Shown here: positions 12,665-25,366 of the stretch, piece after piece
Position numbering within the stretch: position 1 is the first letter of the stretch
Layout: every line of letters starts with the position of its first letter
Source of the DNA: Paramecium tetraurelia
Lineage: Eukaryota
Reading direction: 5' to 3'
Assembly: GCA_000165425.1 (NCBI GenBank)
Contig: CT868130.1
Span: 248,001-312,000 of the forward strand
Length of the DNA stretch: 64,000 nucleotides
The notes under the pieces: model-generated
What the model was told of the DNA's origin: nothing
The model's input: only the letters and a program-made list of their open reading frames with translations
Database searches by the model: none
Program-made: the position numbers and the translations under genes

Positions 12665-13555
12665 TCAATATAAAATCAATGAATAAACCTAATCGTACTT
12701 TTAATCCAAATTCCATATCTATATTAAACCAGGTTCCTTCACAAAATTTATTTCTTCTCTCTCCTCATTTTAAAAATCAAAATCTGAATTTTCGGACAAC
12801 GAATAATTCTATTTTATTAAGGTACCTTCAAATTGTATTTATATTTCTAGAGTTATTTCATTAGTTTCAAAAATTACCTAATTAATGAATGGGCTCTGAA
12901 TTAAATCAATATTTGTTATATTAATTGAAGTTACTACTATTTCAATTTAGACGTTCTTGAAAGTATCAGTTTGTAAATTGATTTGTTGCATATTAAGTAG
13001 AAATTTTGTATGGCTAATTTAGTATCCATATCTTTAAATAGAATATAAATAGTCTTAATTTTTAATGTGGATAAAATCATCTCTAAAATAAATAGGTGCC
13101 TAGATTAAATTTCTTTTTAGCATAGTTATAGGAGAACTTTGAGATGTTAGTAGAGATGCTAGATTGTATTAAATGATGTCCTGATTTATTATGAAGTAAA
13201 AATATTAAGAATCCAAAAAATATGGCATAGCAGATTTATTGATCTGGCATTCAATCGACTCTATCATAAAGCTGCTGATAATATGGTATTGCTTATCATT
13301 TTTTATTGAATTCTCTATTCCAGAAAAGGGGCATTTGTGTATTTCTACCGTCTATAAATATTGATTTATTCTGATAATTAGAACAATTTATTAGACAGAG
13401 AATACTAATAGAGTTTCAAAGAATTCAAGGGGACTCAGTTTTCTTCCAATATTGTAATTTGTGAAAAACTTGATTATTGTTTTAATGTTTTATGTATCAT
13501 TGATTAGTTTTAATTCATAAACTTTAGCTATCCTGTCATGGATCCTGAATTCCAT
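12665..13555 (-). CDS. ~296-aa hypothetical protein, apparently intronless
   Basis: ORF MEFRIHDRIAKVYELKLIND...QIWNLDQKYDQVYSLILY*, 891 nt; no recognisable motif. Confidence 0.6.
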
Positions 13556-14062
13556 TAATAGAATTAAATTATTTTTTATATTTATTAAGCTTCATTTTAA
13601 TTCTATTGTTTAAAATAGATTTCTATGTAAAAAATTCTTTAATTTAAGATTTCAAATCTATTTTTATTCAACAAGTAAAATTTGAATTTTTTTTAAAAAC
13701 ACTCATGAATATTTCAGTATGGCTTTACAGATTGACCTAAGCGCACTTTATTGAAACAATTTTATTAGTCTCAAAAACTTTTAAGACTTCATCAAGTATA
13801 AATTGAATCATTATTTTTAGAAAATACCATCAAAAGATTACTGCATAAAATAAATGATCTGATTGGAGGCGAATATAATCTAATTTAAGATATCAATCAA
13901 TTACCTTTAGTTCTATCATTATCTAAGTTTAGGATTTGATAATATCAATATTTTAAATACTTTGTAGAATATTTTTTTTTCAATATGTAAAGAATTCCTT
14001 TAAGAAATGATGGGATGAATTTTTTAAAATTAATAAAAGCATATACTATTGAATAATAAATT

Positions 14063-17000
14063 TCATTTGACTTTTTTATTCGATTCTCCTTCTTTTTTGA
14101 TAACATATACTTTAGGGTCTTAGTCATCAGGATCGTTGTATACAAATTAATCATCTTCAAGACATTTAATTTTTTCTTCAGCGTCCTTTTCTAAATTATT
14201 TTACTTAATTAACTCATCAGTATATTAAACAACTTTATTTTCATATCTATCTTTCTCATATTTATATTCAGCCATTAATCTTCTAATCTTAATAAATATT
14301 ATAATTTATTACATTAATAACGTTGACTTATTACAATTCAGGATAATCGTCCTTATCATCATCTTTTTTAGGTGTCTAATTTTTTGAATCATTATTGGTT
14401 TTTCCAGGTTTTAATTTATTTGGATCATAGCCATGTTACTTTAGTAAGCTTTCCAGATAAATAATATGAATTTTTAGTTCATCTATTTGTTTTTCTAATT
14501 TAATTACTAATTCCTTATATTTCGTATCATTTTAGTACGGACCTGGTTTTTTATCTGATTAACCTTATTTATCATTAGGATCATCTCTATTATTGGTTGG
14601 GGTCTTTTGTTTTTAATCATCAATTTATTTTTAAAGTTCTTTTATCTTATCTTCTTATTTTTTTATTTTTTCATCTGTTGTAGATTTCTCTTTTTCTAAT
14701 TTAGATACTTAATCTTTTAATTTATTGTTTTCATTTGTTTAATCCTTAAATTTTTTATTTTCTTCTTCTTTTTTTTTGATTTCTTCTTGTTATTTCTTTA
14801 TTAATTCATTTTGGTTCTTTTCATTTTACTTTTTCTCATTTGTTTCCTTTGAATCTTTTTCTATTTTTTCTTTCAGTTTTGATATTTCCTCTTCTTTCTT
14901 TTTAAGTTCTTGCTCAGACTTATTATTTTTTTCATCTTTTTATTTTGATGCACTGATATCCTTTTGTAGTTTTTGAATCTATTCCTATAACTTTGTAATT
15001 TATTAAGTCTTTTGGTCTATTTCTTATTTCAGTACCTTTATTTATTCTAAATTATCTTTCTCTTTACTATTTTTTTCTGTTTTTTAGATTTCTTCTTATA
15101 ACTTTTTAATTTGTTCATCCTTTTTCTTAATTTCTGTCTCTTATTTTTTAATTGTCTAATTCTCATCTTTTTCTTTTTATGTCTTTTACTATTTCTCAAT
15201 TGTTTCCTTCTAAATAAGTTCTTAGTTTTTCTTAAGCTATTCCTCCAGCTATTTGATTTATTAAGTTTTATTAATATTGTCTTATGTTAATTTTTCAATA
15301 TCTTTTTCCAATTATCTATTTGTTTTCTATTCATTTTTGTCCTTCTTGGATTCCTTTTCGTATTTCTTTTTCGTTTTATTATTATCATCCACATCAGCAT
15401 CCTCTCCAAAATCTGCTATGTCATCTTCTTCATCTTTATTAACAGATTTTAATTTTTAATTCAGTTTATTTATTTACTCATTCAAATTTTTAATTTATTT
15501 ATTTAAATCATCTATGATCTAATCTTTTTTATTTAATTTCTCTTGAGATCTCTCACTAATCTAATTGCATTATTCTTCAAGTAGTTTTAACTTCTTTTCA
15601 TTATTTTATAAATTCTTAATGGTTTATTCCAATTAAGTGTTTTATTGCTTCAACTTTTATGCTTTATCTATTTGCTATTCAATCTCCTTGGAATTATTAT
15701 GCTCTTTTTTAATCATTTCTGCTTTAAGTCTTTAAATTTCTTTTTCTAATTCTTTTATTGATTCCTTATATTTCCTTTCACTTGTATCACTTGTTCTTTT
15801 GATATCTTCCTTTTCTTTATCTATTTTCTAAAATTGATCACGTCTCTCTTAAAGTTCCTTAAGTTAACTTTATAAATCTTCTACTCTAATATTTAATGTT
15901 TGCAAATCATTAAGCAATTCTTGTTTCTATTCTTCCAATTGATCTATTTTCTTTTACTAATTTGTCTCTGATGACTTAACTTTCTAATTAACAGTTTCTT
16001 TCTCCTTAGAAATTTTAGTAATTTATCTTTGATAATCATCTATTTGTTACTTTAATTTTATTATTTCTTATTCTAAATGTTGAATAGTTTCTTATTTTTC
16101 ATCTAGCTCTTATTCATAATTTTTTATTGACTCTTTAGTCTACTTTTCGTACTCCTAATAGATTTTTATTTTTTGAGTTTGATCAGTAATTGTCTTATCC
16201 AAAGTTTTCACTTTTTCTTTCTATCGTTGATAATCATTCTCAATTTAAACCAATCTTAGAATCTCAATCTCTTTTAATTTAATTGAATTCTCAATGTCAA
16301 TCAATCTATCTATTTACTGTTATAATTCCATCTTATCTTATATTAATTACTAAACTTATTTTGTTAACTTAGATATTTATGATTAAAGTGTACTGATTGT
16401 TTGTTTTAGAGACTCTTCAGATTTTTCTTTTAATCGAATTTGATCATTCAATTCCTCTTTTTCTCTATCGATCAAATCTATCTAAGATATCTAACTTGAT
16501 CTTTCTGAAATATCTTATTTAAATTATTTGATTTACTCTTTTTTTTCTTTAATCGAAATCTCTAATTTCTTAACCTATTGTTATAATTTGTAAATAAGTT
16601 CATCTTTAACTTTGATATTTACATTGATTTATTCAATTTCATTATGTAATATTTTATTAGATTCTTCCTCTGATTTTAACTTTTCTTATAATGATTTTAT
16701 CTGTTACTCAAGTTATTTTATCTATTTTTGATAAATACTGTTATCTGATTAGAGTTTCGATTCAATATTCTTCCTTGACTTTTTCTCTTCTTTCAAATCT
16801 TCAACTTCTTAAGTAAATTCAAAATGTTAAGCTTCCAGTTTTTCTAACTCAGCAATTTTCTCTTTTAATTTAGCAATAATGTCATCCTTAGCTCTTGCTT
16901 ATTAATTTATTTTGTTTTCAAATTACTTCCTCTCATCTTCTAACTTCTTCTTTAACAAATCAACTTCTCTTTCTAAACTATATTTTTCATCTTCATTTAT

Positions 17001-20000
17001 TTAAATTTATTCTTCTAATGACTTTATTTTTCTTTCAAGTGACTCTAAAGTTTATTTATGTTCTTCAATTAGATTTTATTATTTCTTATATTTTTCTTCT
17101 AACTTTTTCAATTATTATACTTTATCCTCCAGAACCTAATTTTCTTAAGACTTTTTTTTATTTTCTTGTTTTAGTTTTTCAATTTAATTTTCCAATTCTT
17201 CAATTTTATTTTATTGTTCTATAGTTTTTTATTATAATTATTCCTTTTCATATAATTTAGATTAAAGCCTTTCAACTTCCCTCTAAATTTCTTTTATTTA
17301 ATCCTTCAATTTTTTCAATTCTAAATCCTTCAAAGCAAGTTATTGCTCTAAAGTATTAATTTTATCCTAGCTTATACTTGCATTTTGTAAAGCTTCGTGC
17401 AACTATTACTCAGTTTCGATCAATTTCTTTTATACATTTATTAATTAATCTCCCTTTTTAGTAAATTCTCGTTGTTGCTCTTGTAATTTTTTGATTGTTT
17501 AATCTTTAGATTATATAATAGCATCTTAATTATTGATGGTTGAATTTTAATCATCAATTTTAACTTAATTGGTTTCATCTTTAATTTTGAGTTCACTTAT
17601 TAGGATTTCGAGTTAAGTGGTTCTCTCCAATTTTTTTTAATATTCTTTAATAGTTTCTTAGAATTTTTTGAAATCTAACTCATAATTTCTTATTTTTTAA
17701 GATAATTCTGAAGTATCTTCTCTAACTTTTATTATTTCGGTCTCCTTCTCTATTATCTATTGATGTAATGAATCAATTTCTGATTAAATTTCAGGTGATT
17801 TCTAGCTTCCCAACTTTTATTTCAATTTATTTATTTCAAAATCTTTCTCTCTTATTGTAAGTTAAAATTTCAATTATACTTCATTTAATTATTATTATGA
17901 AGTATGGAATTGATCATTAATTTATTCTATCATTTATTCTAAACTCTAAATCTTCTCTTATTATAACTTAATTTCATCCTACAACTTCTTAATCTCATGT
18001 TCCTTTGATTTTAATTAATTTTCTAATTTTTTTATAGTCTCTTTATTTTATTTATCTTACTATTTTAATTCTCTTAACTATTGTGTTTCTAATTCTTCAA
18101 TCTGATTTTCTAATTTGCTAAGATTATCCTTCCAACTATCTTATTGAAGCTCATGTTTTTTTAATTATTAATCTTTGTATTTAATTAGGTTTTCTAATTT
18201 GTTAATCTAATCTTAAAGTTATTTGATGCTTTATTCATATTTATTGATTTATTGATGTAGTTCTTAAATCTCCTTCGTTAAATCATTCTCTTTATTTGAA
18301 TTTTATTGAATTTCTAGTTATATTTCTAATAATTTCTTAATTTCTTGTTCTTTTAACTTGATTTAAGTTGAAAGGTTTTGAATTTAAATTTTAAGATCTG
18401 CATTTTCTCCAATTTATTAATTTAATTTATCATATAAATCATCTAACTCTTATTATAACTTAGTTGTTCTTTCAGGAGTTCTCTAATTTCCTTAGATATT
18501 GCTCTATAATTTTTTCACCTCAATTTCGAAGATTCTAACCTACTCCTATAATTCTTCATTTTGAATTATGAATTTTCTAATTTCACTTGTTTTTTCTTCA
18601 TTTAATTCCTTAACTTTATTTGTCATTTCTTTTGTTTATTCTGAGTATTTAGATAACTAATACTCTTTAGTTTTATGACTCTACTCTAGTTTATAAATAT
18701 TCTCTTACTATTACTTGTCAATAGAATTAAGTCTTTCAATTTCCTCTTTTAATGAATTGATATTCTCTTCATAATCTTTTAATTTTAATTAGTACAATTA
18801 CAAATCCCTATTCTTTTCTTTTAATCTCTTAATTTCTTACTCTTTAGTCTTAATTTCATACTCTTGTTATTAGATTTTTTATTCAAGTTCTTCTAATAGT
18901 TATGTTTGAGAATGAGCTTCTTAATGTAATTTTTCAATTTGATCACTTTAAATATTGCTCTTCTCTAAGGTTTTGTTTAATTCCTTCATTTACTCTTGAA
19001 GTTTCTTTACTTCTTAATCTTTTACTCTAAGAGAATCTTGCAGATCCTTCATTTAATCTTCAAAGAAATTAATTTCATCCTGCATTTATTTATTGATTTG
19101 TTCAATCTTCTTTTAATTGGCCAATAATTCATCCTTTTACTTTTACAGTGCCTTCTGATAATCAGCTTCTTTCTTTGATTATTTTTTTTCGTTCAATTTA
19201 TTATCCTAATCATAGTTTTCAATCTCAAGCATCAAATCCTAAATTTTTTATTCCATTTCTCCAAGTTTTTTTTCTAATTATTTATTCTCCTATTCTAATT
19301 TGTATTATTTGTTCAATTAGTCTTTTAATTATCTAATTTCTTTTTCTCTTAATTCCAGAAGACTTAACTAGTTATCTTTTTCATTTATTAGAGCTTCTTA
19401 TTGATTTATTTTAAAAATTGCCTAATTCAATTCTTATTATAGTCTTTAATTTTCAGCTTTTAAATTTGCAATAATCTTTTGATAATCTTTTATGGAGTCT
19501 TCATCCTCTTTTTTTTTAGCTCCTTCCAAACCATGCTTCTTCTTCTTTTTCTCCTCATTAGGATCTTTTTAATCATAATTATCTTCTTCCTGTTAGAAAA
19601 CATCAGCAGCGTTTTTGGTTGCATCTCCAGGATTTCTTTAATTCTTATTAGGATTATTTGAATTTTAGTTAAAAGAGTTACTTGGACTTTTATTAGGATT
19701 TTTTGGGGAAATTGGATTCTAAATATCATTTGATTATCTATTTTAAATTTTTTTGGTTAAATCCTTTATAATATTCTGTAAGTCTTCAATTAAATGGTCC
19801 TTCTCAGACAATTCATTTTGAATATATTACATTCTAGTTTTATATCCTTCAATTTCAATTTTGTATTATATCAATTAAACCTACAAAGTTTCCATCTCAA
19901 TTAGTACACTTTGATTTTAACCTTGGTTCAAATGATCATCTTTCTCGATAATTATTATTCTTAATTATTCAATTTTCTCTTAAAGCTCTTTTATTATTTA

Positions 20001-20706
20001 ACCATAGTACTCCTCAGTTTCAGTTATTTACCTTTTATCACTGCTTGGATCGAACTGCTTTACTTATTTATTATTTGAAATTTGAATAATTTATTGTGTA
20101 AGTATTTCAATCTCTTAATCTCTTTCTCGCAATAGTTCTTCATAATCAACAGTCCCTTAAGCATTATCTCTGTCTAAGAGTCTTTTGGTTATCAAATCTA
20201 ATTCTTAAATCAACTGTTAGTTTTACTCTTCCAATTACTTCAATTTATTAGACTAATTAAATTAATTGGATATCATACATTTCCGCTTTTATCCACGATA
20301 TCTAGCTTTATTTATAAGTCTTCATTATATCTTATTTTAAAAGAATTAACCTCTTTTTGTTTTTCTTGCAGCAATAGTTTGAGTTATGTGATTTCTTATT
20401 CATAATCAATTATGGTCTTATCATGCGTCGAATGCTATCTTGTATTTCTTTTAATTCTTTCAAGTTAATCGCAAAGTTCAATATTAAGTCTATTCAGATC
20501 CTTGTTTTCTTTATAGAGCACATCAATATTTCCCTTAAGCTATTCATTCTCAGCAAGTGTTTCTCTAACAACAGCATTCTAATAATGAGTTCATTATATA
20601 CGAGTTTATCGTTAGCTCTCAATAGTTATTTGATTTTTATTTCATAATCATCCTATGATTGATGTGACAGGGCTGGCGAAGCAGTTGGATCATAATTTCT
20701 ATACAT
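14063..20706 (-). CDS. Very large (~2200 aa) E/K/Q-rich coiled-coil protein, probably cytoskeletal/cortical
   Basis: MYRNYDPTASPALSHQSQDDYEIKIK... open for ~6.6 kb in code 6 with heptad-like composition and short N/P/D-rich linkers; few tiny introns; ends EGESNKKVK*. Confidence 0.8.
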
Positions 20707-21186
20707 TATAAAAATATTTTGAAATAAATTTATTCAATAAAACAGTTGAGATAGAATAGCTTATTTTAAATTGAAACAATTTTATTTAGCTTCAAATTCC
20801 TAGTAATTTTCTCTAAAGCATAGCTAAGTACCTAGGTTTTATTGTCTTCCTAGTCTTTTTCTTAAAAAAATCATTATCTAGCTCTATCATCAAAATTTAG
20901 TGATTAAACATAGGCATTTGTTGTTTTTTGTACTTTCAGTCATGTTTTTAAAAAGTCATTGCTAAACTTTGACATTTTCTCATTACTAAAAAATCGATTA
21001 TTGTAAGAGTGAGAAAATTGCCATTTATTTTTAAATATCAATAATAACATAGAAGTAATGTGGTTTTTCATTAATTAACTTTTTTCTCTTCTGATCTATC
21101 GAGAGTTAGGTGTTTAGATGTTGTTTCAAAAAATGAAATGATTAAATTAAGAAATTCAATAATTTATTAATTATATTTATATGAAA

Positions 21187-21759
21187 TCAGACTTTTTACA
21201 TTTCATTCTCTTTAATTTTTGGAATTTTTGATCTTATTAATCTAAAGAGCTTCTTCCATTTTCTTGAAGGGATTGGATTCCATTGATTTCTTAACTCAAC
21301 AATCAAAATTGCAAATCCTAATTATATACAAGTAAAAATAGTAGCTAATGTAGAAAATTTGTAAAAATTCATCTCGGTTTTGGTAATCATAAAATAGAAC
21401 ATAGTTGTTCTTAGAAAACTTGATTTAAAAGATAGCATTGCACACACCATTGTTAACTTTTGTTTCTTATTCATGATAGCATATAAAGCTAGAATGTGTT
21501 ATATCAATGTAATCAAGTCAGCTAAACACAATCCAATAGTTATGTAAATGTACTTATCTTAATTCTCTACCCAATAGTCATCTGACATTAATAAAGAATA
21601 AAAGCAGACTAAGTATAATAAAATTGCACCAGTCATTATAAATTTTACCATAAACAGGCATCTTCCCAATTTGATAACATTTTTATATTCCTTTTTATAG
21701 TTAACTTTATTGTTTTCTAAAAATTCATTCTTCTCAAGCTCTTATTTACCAATATTCAT
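21187..21759 (-). CDS. 190-aa multi-pass (about 4 TM) membrane protein
   Basis: MNIGKQELEK...; hydrophobic segments FIMTGAILLYLVCFYSLL, IYITIGLCLADLITLI, LATIFTCIQLGFAILI; 573 nt. Confidence 0.7.
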
Positions 21760-22130
21760 AAAGCGATTTATTAATAAAATAATCATTTTTCATCAAATTT
21801 AAAAATTAAATTAAGAGAATTTATTATTAATAATTGCCTTTTATTTATATTTAATACTAGATCAATAAACAATGCTTTGAAATTAGTAAATATCTCCTCA
21901 AAACAATGAGATCTATCTTTTTTACCTTTAAATTAAATTTAGTTTGAATTCTGATATTTTCTTCGTTTTTCTAGTAAATATCAATAAGTAATAAATCAGA
22001 ATATTAATGAAAAATTAATTTATTTTCTTTTTATTCATGAATTATCTGTGAATTAGCAATATTCTAAGGAAATTGAATTGCTGAGGTTATATTTTGATTA
22101 ATTTCTATATTATTAGAATAAATTTATAAA

Positions 22131-24129
22131 ATGCATGTAATATAAAAACAAAGTACTTTTAAGAAAAAGAATTTTAAAGAAAAGGTGAATTAATTCAGAA
22201 AAATAGTATTCATTTTATTAGAAGATCCTTCATCAAGTAGATTGGCTGGCTTAATACAGTATATCATTTGTTTTACAATTTTGCTATCTTAAGTTTAAAT
22301 ACTTTGTGATTCGCTATTTGATAAGTAATTGAATTAATTTGAGATAGTAATTAAACCTATAATGATTTAAGCAATGATTGTGAAATCCTTATTTTTGTTG
22401 TTTTTGTTCTAGAATATCTGTTTCGATTGTCAACATACACCGTTTATGGCTACCCGATAAAGAAGTTTTTATTTTAGCATATGAATATAATAGGTAGATT
22501 AAGTATTAATTATAGATCTGTTATCAATAGCTCCTCTCAGTATAATTTCATTAATGTATGGTAAAACTGCATTAAATGGATTTAGAATTTTGAAATTGTT
22601 TAAAGTGATTAGAATATTAAAAGTAAAGAGATACTTGAAGGGAGTGGACATTTTGTATAAAAGTGTTGCAGATAGCATCTCTCAGTTTTATTTTTTGATA
22701 ATAGCCTTTTTATAAATAACTCTTGCTTATGCGATAGTTTTATATTATTCGGAGCATATAGAAAATGATTTAGAAATTGAAAATGCAGTATGGCTGGGAA
22801 TAGTAACCATGACAACTGTGGGATATGGTGACTATGTCCCAAAGACCATAATTGGTATAATCACCACTTGCATTATGGCCTTGATGGCTAATACAGTTAT
22901 TTTCTCTCTTCCTGTGGCAATACTCAATATAGAATTTCAAGAACTTTATGGAAGCAAAAAAGAAGAAGAATAGATTAGTATGCTTAAAAAGGGAATGAGA
23001 ACAGGGAGAAGAGATTCAATAAAGAATAAAGAATTTAGTTTCTTTAATTAAAGACTACAAATTATTGAATAAAGAAATAAAGAGATTCAGGATCTATTAA
23101 ACAAGAGTAATAAGATGGCTAAAGAACTGACTAAAGATTTGAAAAGGCTATTTCTATCAGTTAATGATGATGCAGATTAACTTCTTGATAATTTAAATTC
23201 CCCCAGGCCTACAAAATAAAATGTATTGTTAGTTAAGGCTAATCTTTATGATAAATTAGTCAGGGCCAAAAAGAAAATTTAAATTACAAGCATCTTTAGG
23301 AATTTAAAATAAGATTCCGATTAAGAATTAAATGAGAGTCCCTTAAATCAAACTGTATCTGGTTAGATAAACAAATAAAAAAGCTTTTTTAGAATGATGT
23401 CTGATAGAAAGCAAAACAAAAGAAAAATAGGAATAAAAAGTCACTCTTATGAAAATATCAATTAGTTAATTGTACTCAGGAATGAAGAGTATGGTGAGTT
23501 ACCTTTTGACTTTTTGAATGAAGTACTTTTACAAATTCATGACGATATGTTTTTAGATATTGATGAACATCCTACGAATTAATAAAAGCAATCTATTATC
23601 ATACCTGAAAGTAGTGAAATAATAAATAGAGAACCATCATTTAGAATCAATTCATTATAGTATAATCTATTATTATATCTTAAGTGGTTTTGACAGTCCT
23701 ATGAATAAACTTAATTAAACAAATTGTGGAAGCTCGAATTAGCAGAGACGAAAGATTTCTGATTTTGCAAGCTTATTTGACAAGAAAACTGTTATTAATT
23801 TAAAAAGTACTTCTATTCGTCCTTTTTCCGCTAATGACTGTGGGTTGAGAAGTATTACTGAAATATCAAAGGGCAAAAAGAAAAACTCATTTACTAAACA
23901 GTAGATTGATGAAATGCATCAAAGAACTAAGCCTAAGATGCCTCATTAATTTGTTAATTCTAACAATAATCTTAAAGATCTAGATAGTGGCAAAAATAAA
24001 GATGAATTTCGATAAAAATATTCTAGAGCATCAATAGTGGAATTATATTCTCCTCATCAATACTTAAATATTTAAGAATAATGTTCTTGTCTTGAATGTC
24101 AAAACTATAATATGGAATAGAATTATTGA
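22131..24129 (+). CDS. Voltage-gated K+ channel (6TM, Kv-like, no T1 domain)
   Basis: LLEDPSSSRLA pre-S1 motif, S4 GFRILKLFKVIRILKVKR, pore WLGIVTMTTVGYGDYVPKT, C-terminal coiled coil. Confidence 0.92.
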
Positions 24130-24348
24130 TTAGATTATTGTTTTATTATAGATCAATACTTATCAAATTTATATAATTATTTTAACTACTTTTTAAATTA
24201 ATATAATAAAGTATACTATCAAAATATGAACGCATTCCTCCTTCATTTATATTTCGATGATTTAAATATTAGAGTTCTCTTGTATCATGTTAATAAGATA
24301 ATAAGATTATTATATATATATATATATTAATCATTAGTCTACTTAATC

Positions 24349-24760
24349 TTCAAATCTAAACAAACTTCTTATATGTTGAGTAAGAATTCTCCTGTTGAGT
24401 CTTGTTTGAGTATTGCGTTTGTGTGATCTCATTTTCTAATTATATTTTTTTGAACTTCCTTTATGTTTTTTAGATATATGTCCCCCAAGGGCTTTATAGT
24501 TTTTAAATTTTTATAGGCAATATTGACATTAGTTTATTTATTTTTTGGTATTTCTTGGAAGAATATCACTCTGTAACTACAACTATTAGTATGGATCAAC
24601 CATTTTTGGCTTAGTTATTAAAGAAAGCTATTAACACGGTTGATTCTCTTCAATGCCAGTTTGAAATATATGCCATTGCTTGTTTCCAAAGTTGAGATGA
24701 CTTTTCTTATTTAATTATAGATTTTAATGAAGATTTATGTTATCCATCTATAAAGCAATT
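24349..24760 (-). CDS. Hypothetical protein or fragment, 5' end uncertain
   Basis: Open frame ..RWITQIFIKIYNQIRKVISTLETSNGIYFKLALKR../..YRVIFFQEIPK..ENSYSTYKKFVQI* joined by a putative 24-nt intron; start codon not resolved. Confidence 0.35.
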
Positions 24761-25366
24761 TACTTAATTATTGGAGTTTTTTAAAAGTAAAATCAATTGT
24801 TATTTTTTTTAATCTAAAATATTGATAACAGAATTAAATTAAAGTAAGACTTTATTGTTTTTATGAGAATAATATTTTATCAGGCAAAATTCTAAGCCAA
24901 AAGTGAATCCAAGTTAAAACAATGAAAATTTCACTATTAACCAAAAAAAATTCCCATAAGTTTGATTTTCTTATAATATAATAAATGAATTATTTATGGC
25001 ATTTACTTTTAGAATAAATTTAATATCTCTAATTTTCTAATTATATTATTTTATGTGTAAATATGGTTAAAACTAATAGGTTAAAAAGATTAAGATATCT
25101 ATGGCTATATATATTTGAAGAAAATGTAGAATTATGAACCTCAGAATTATTAAAGGTATAATGAAGAAATAAGTGATTATCTTTAACAGGATATTGAGAT
25201 ACTTCATAAATAATACTGGTATTAGGCTTTAAATAAAAACTGCTAACTATCAGACTAACCTGAAAGGATAATCAATGAAAGCCTTATAGAAAGTGGTATT
25301 TTGAAATTCATTTTTTTGGTGTCTTAAGTCTAATCGTATTTTAAATATAAATAAATTAATTCAGAT

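Noticed and set aside
11183..13600. Autonomous transposon or endogenous virus around the YqaJ gene
   Set aside because: No terminal inverted or direct repeats, target-site duplication, transposase, integrase, polymerase or capsid seen by eye, and the flanks are ordinary host genes only 17-51 nt away.
14776..20647. Several plus-strand F/L/I/S-rich ORFs in the supplied track that look like membrane proteins
   Set aside because: They are antisense shadows of the E/K/Q-rich coiled-coil gene on the minus strand.
24307..24327. (TA)n tract; another lies at 12497-12509
   Set aside because: Simple microsatellites. The second is in frame inside the YqaJ gene (IYIY) and neither shows IES-like or array structure.
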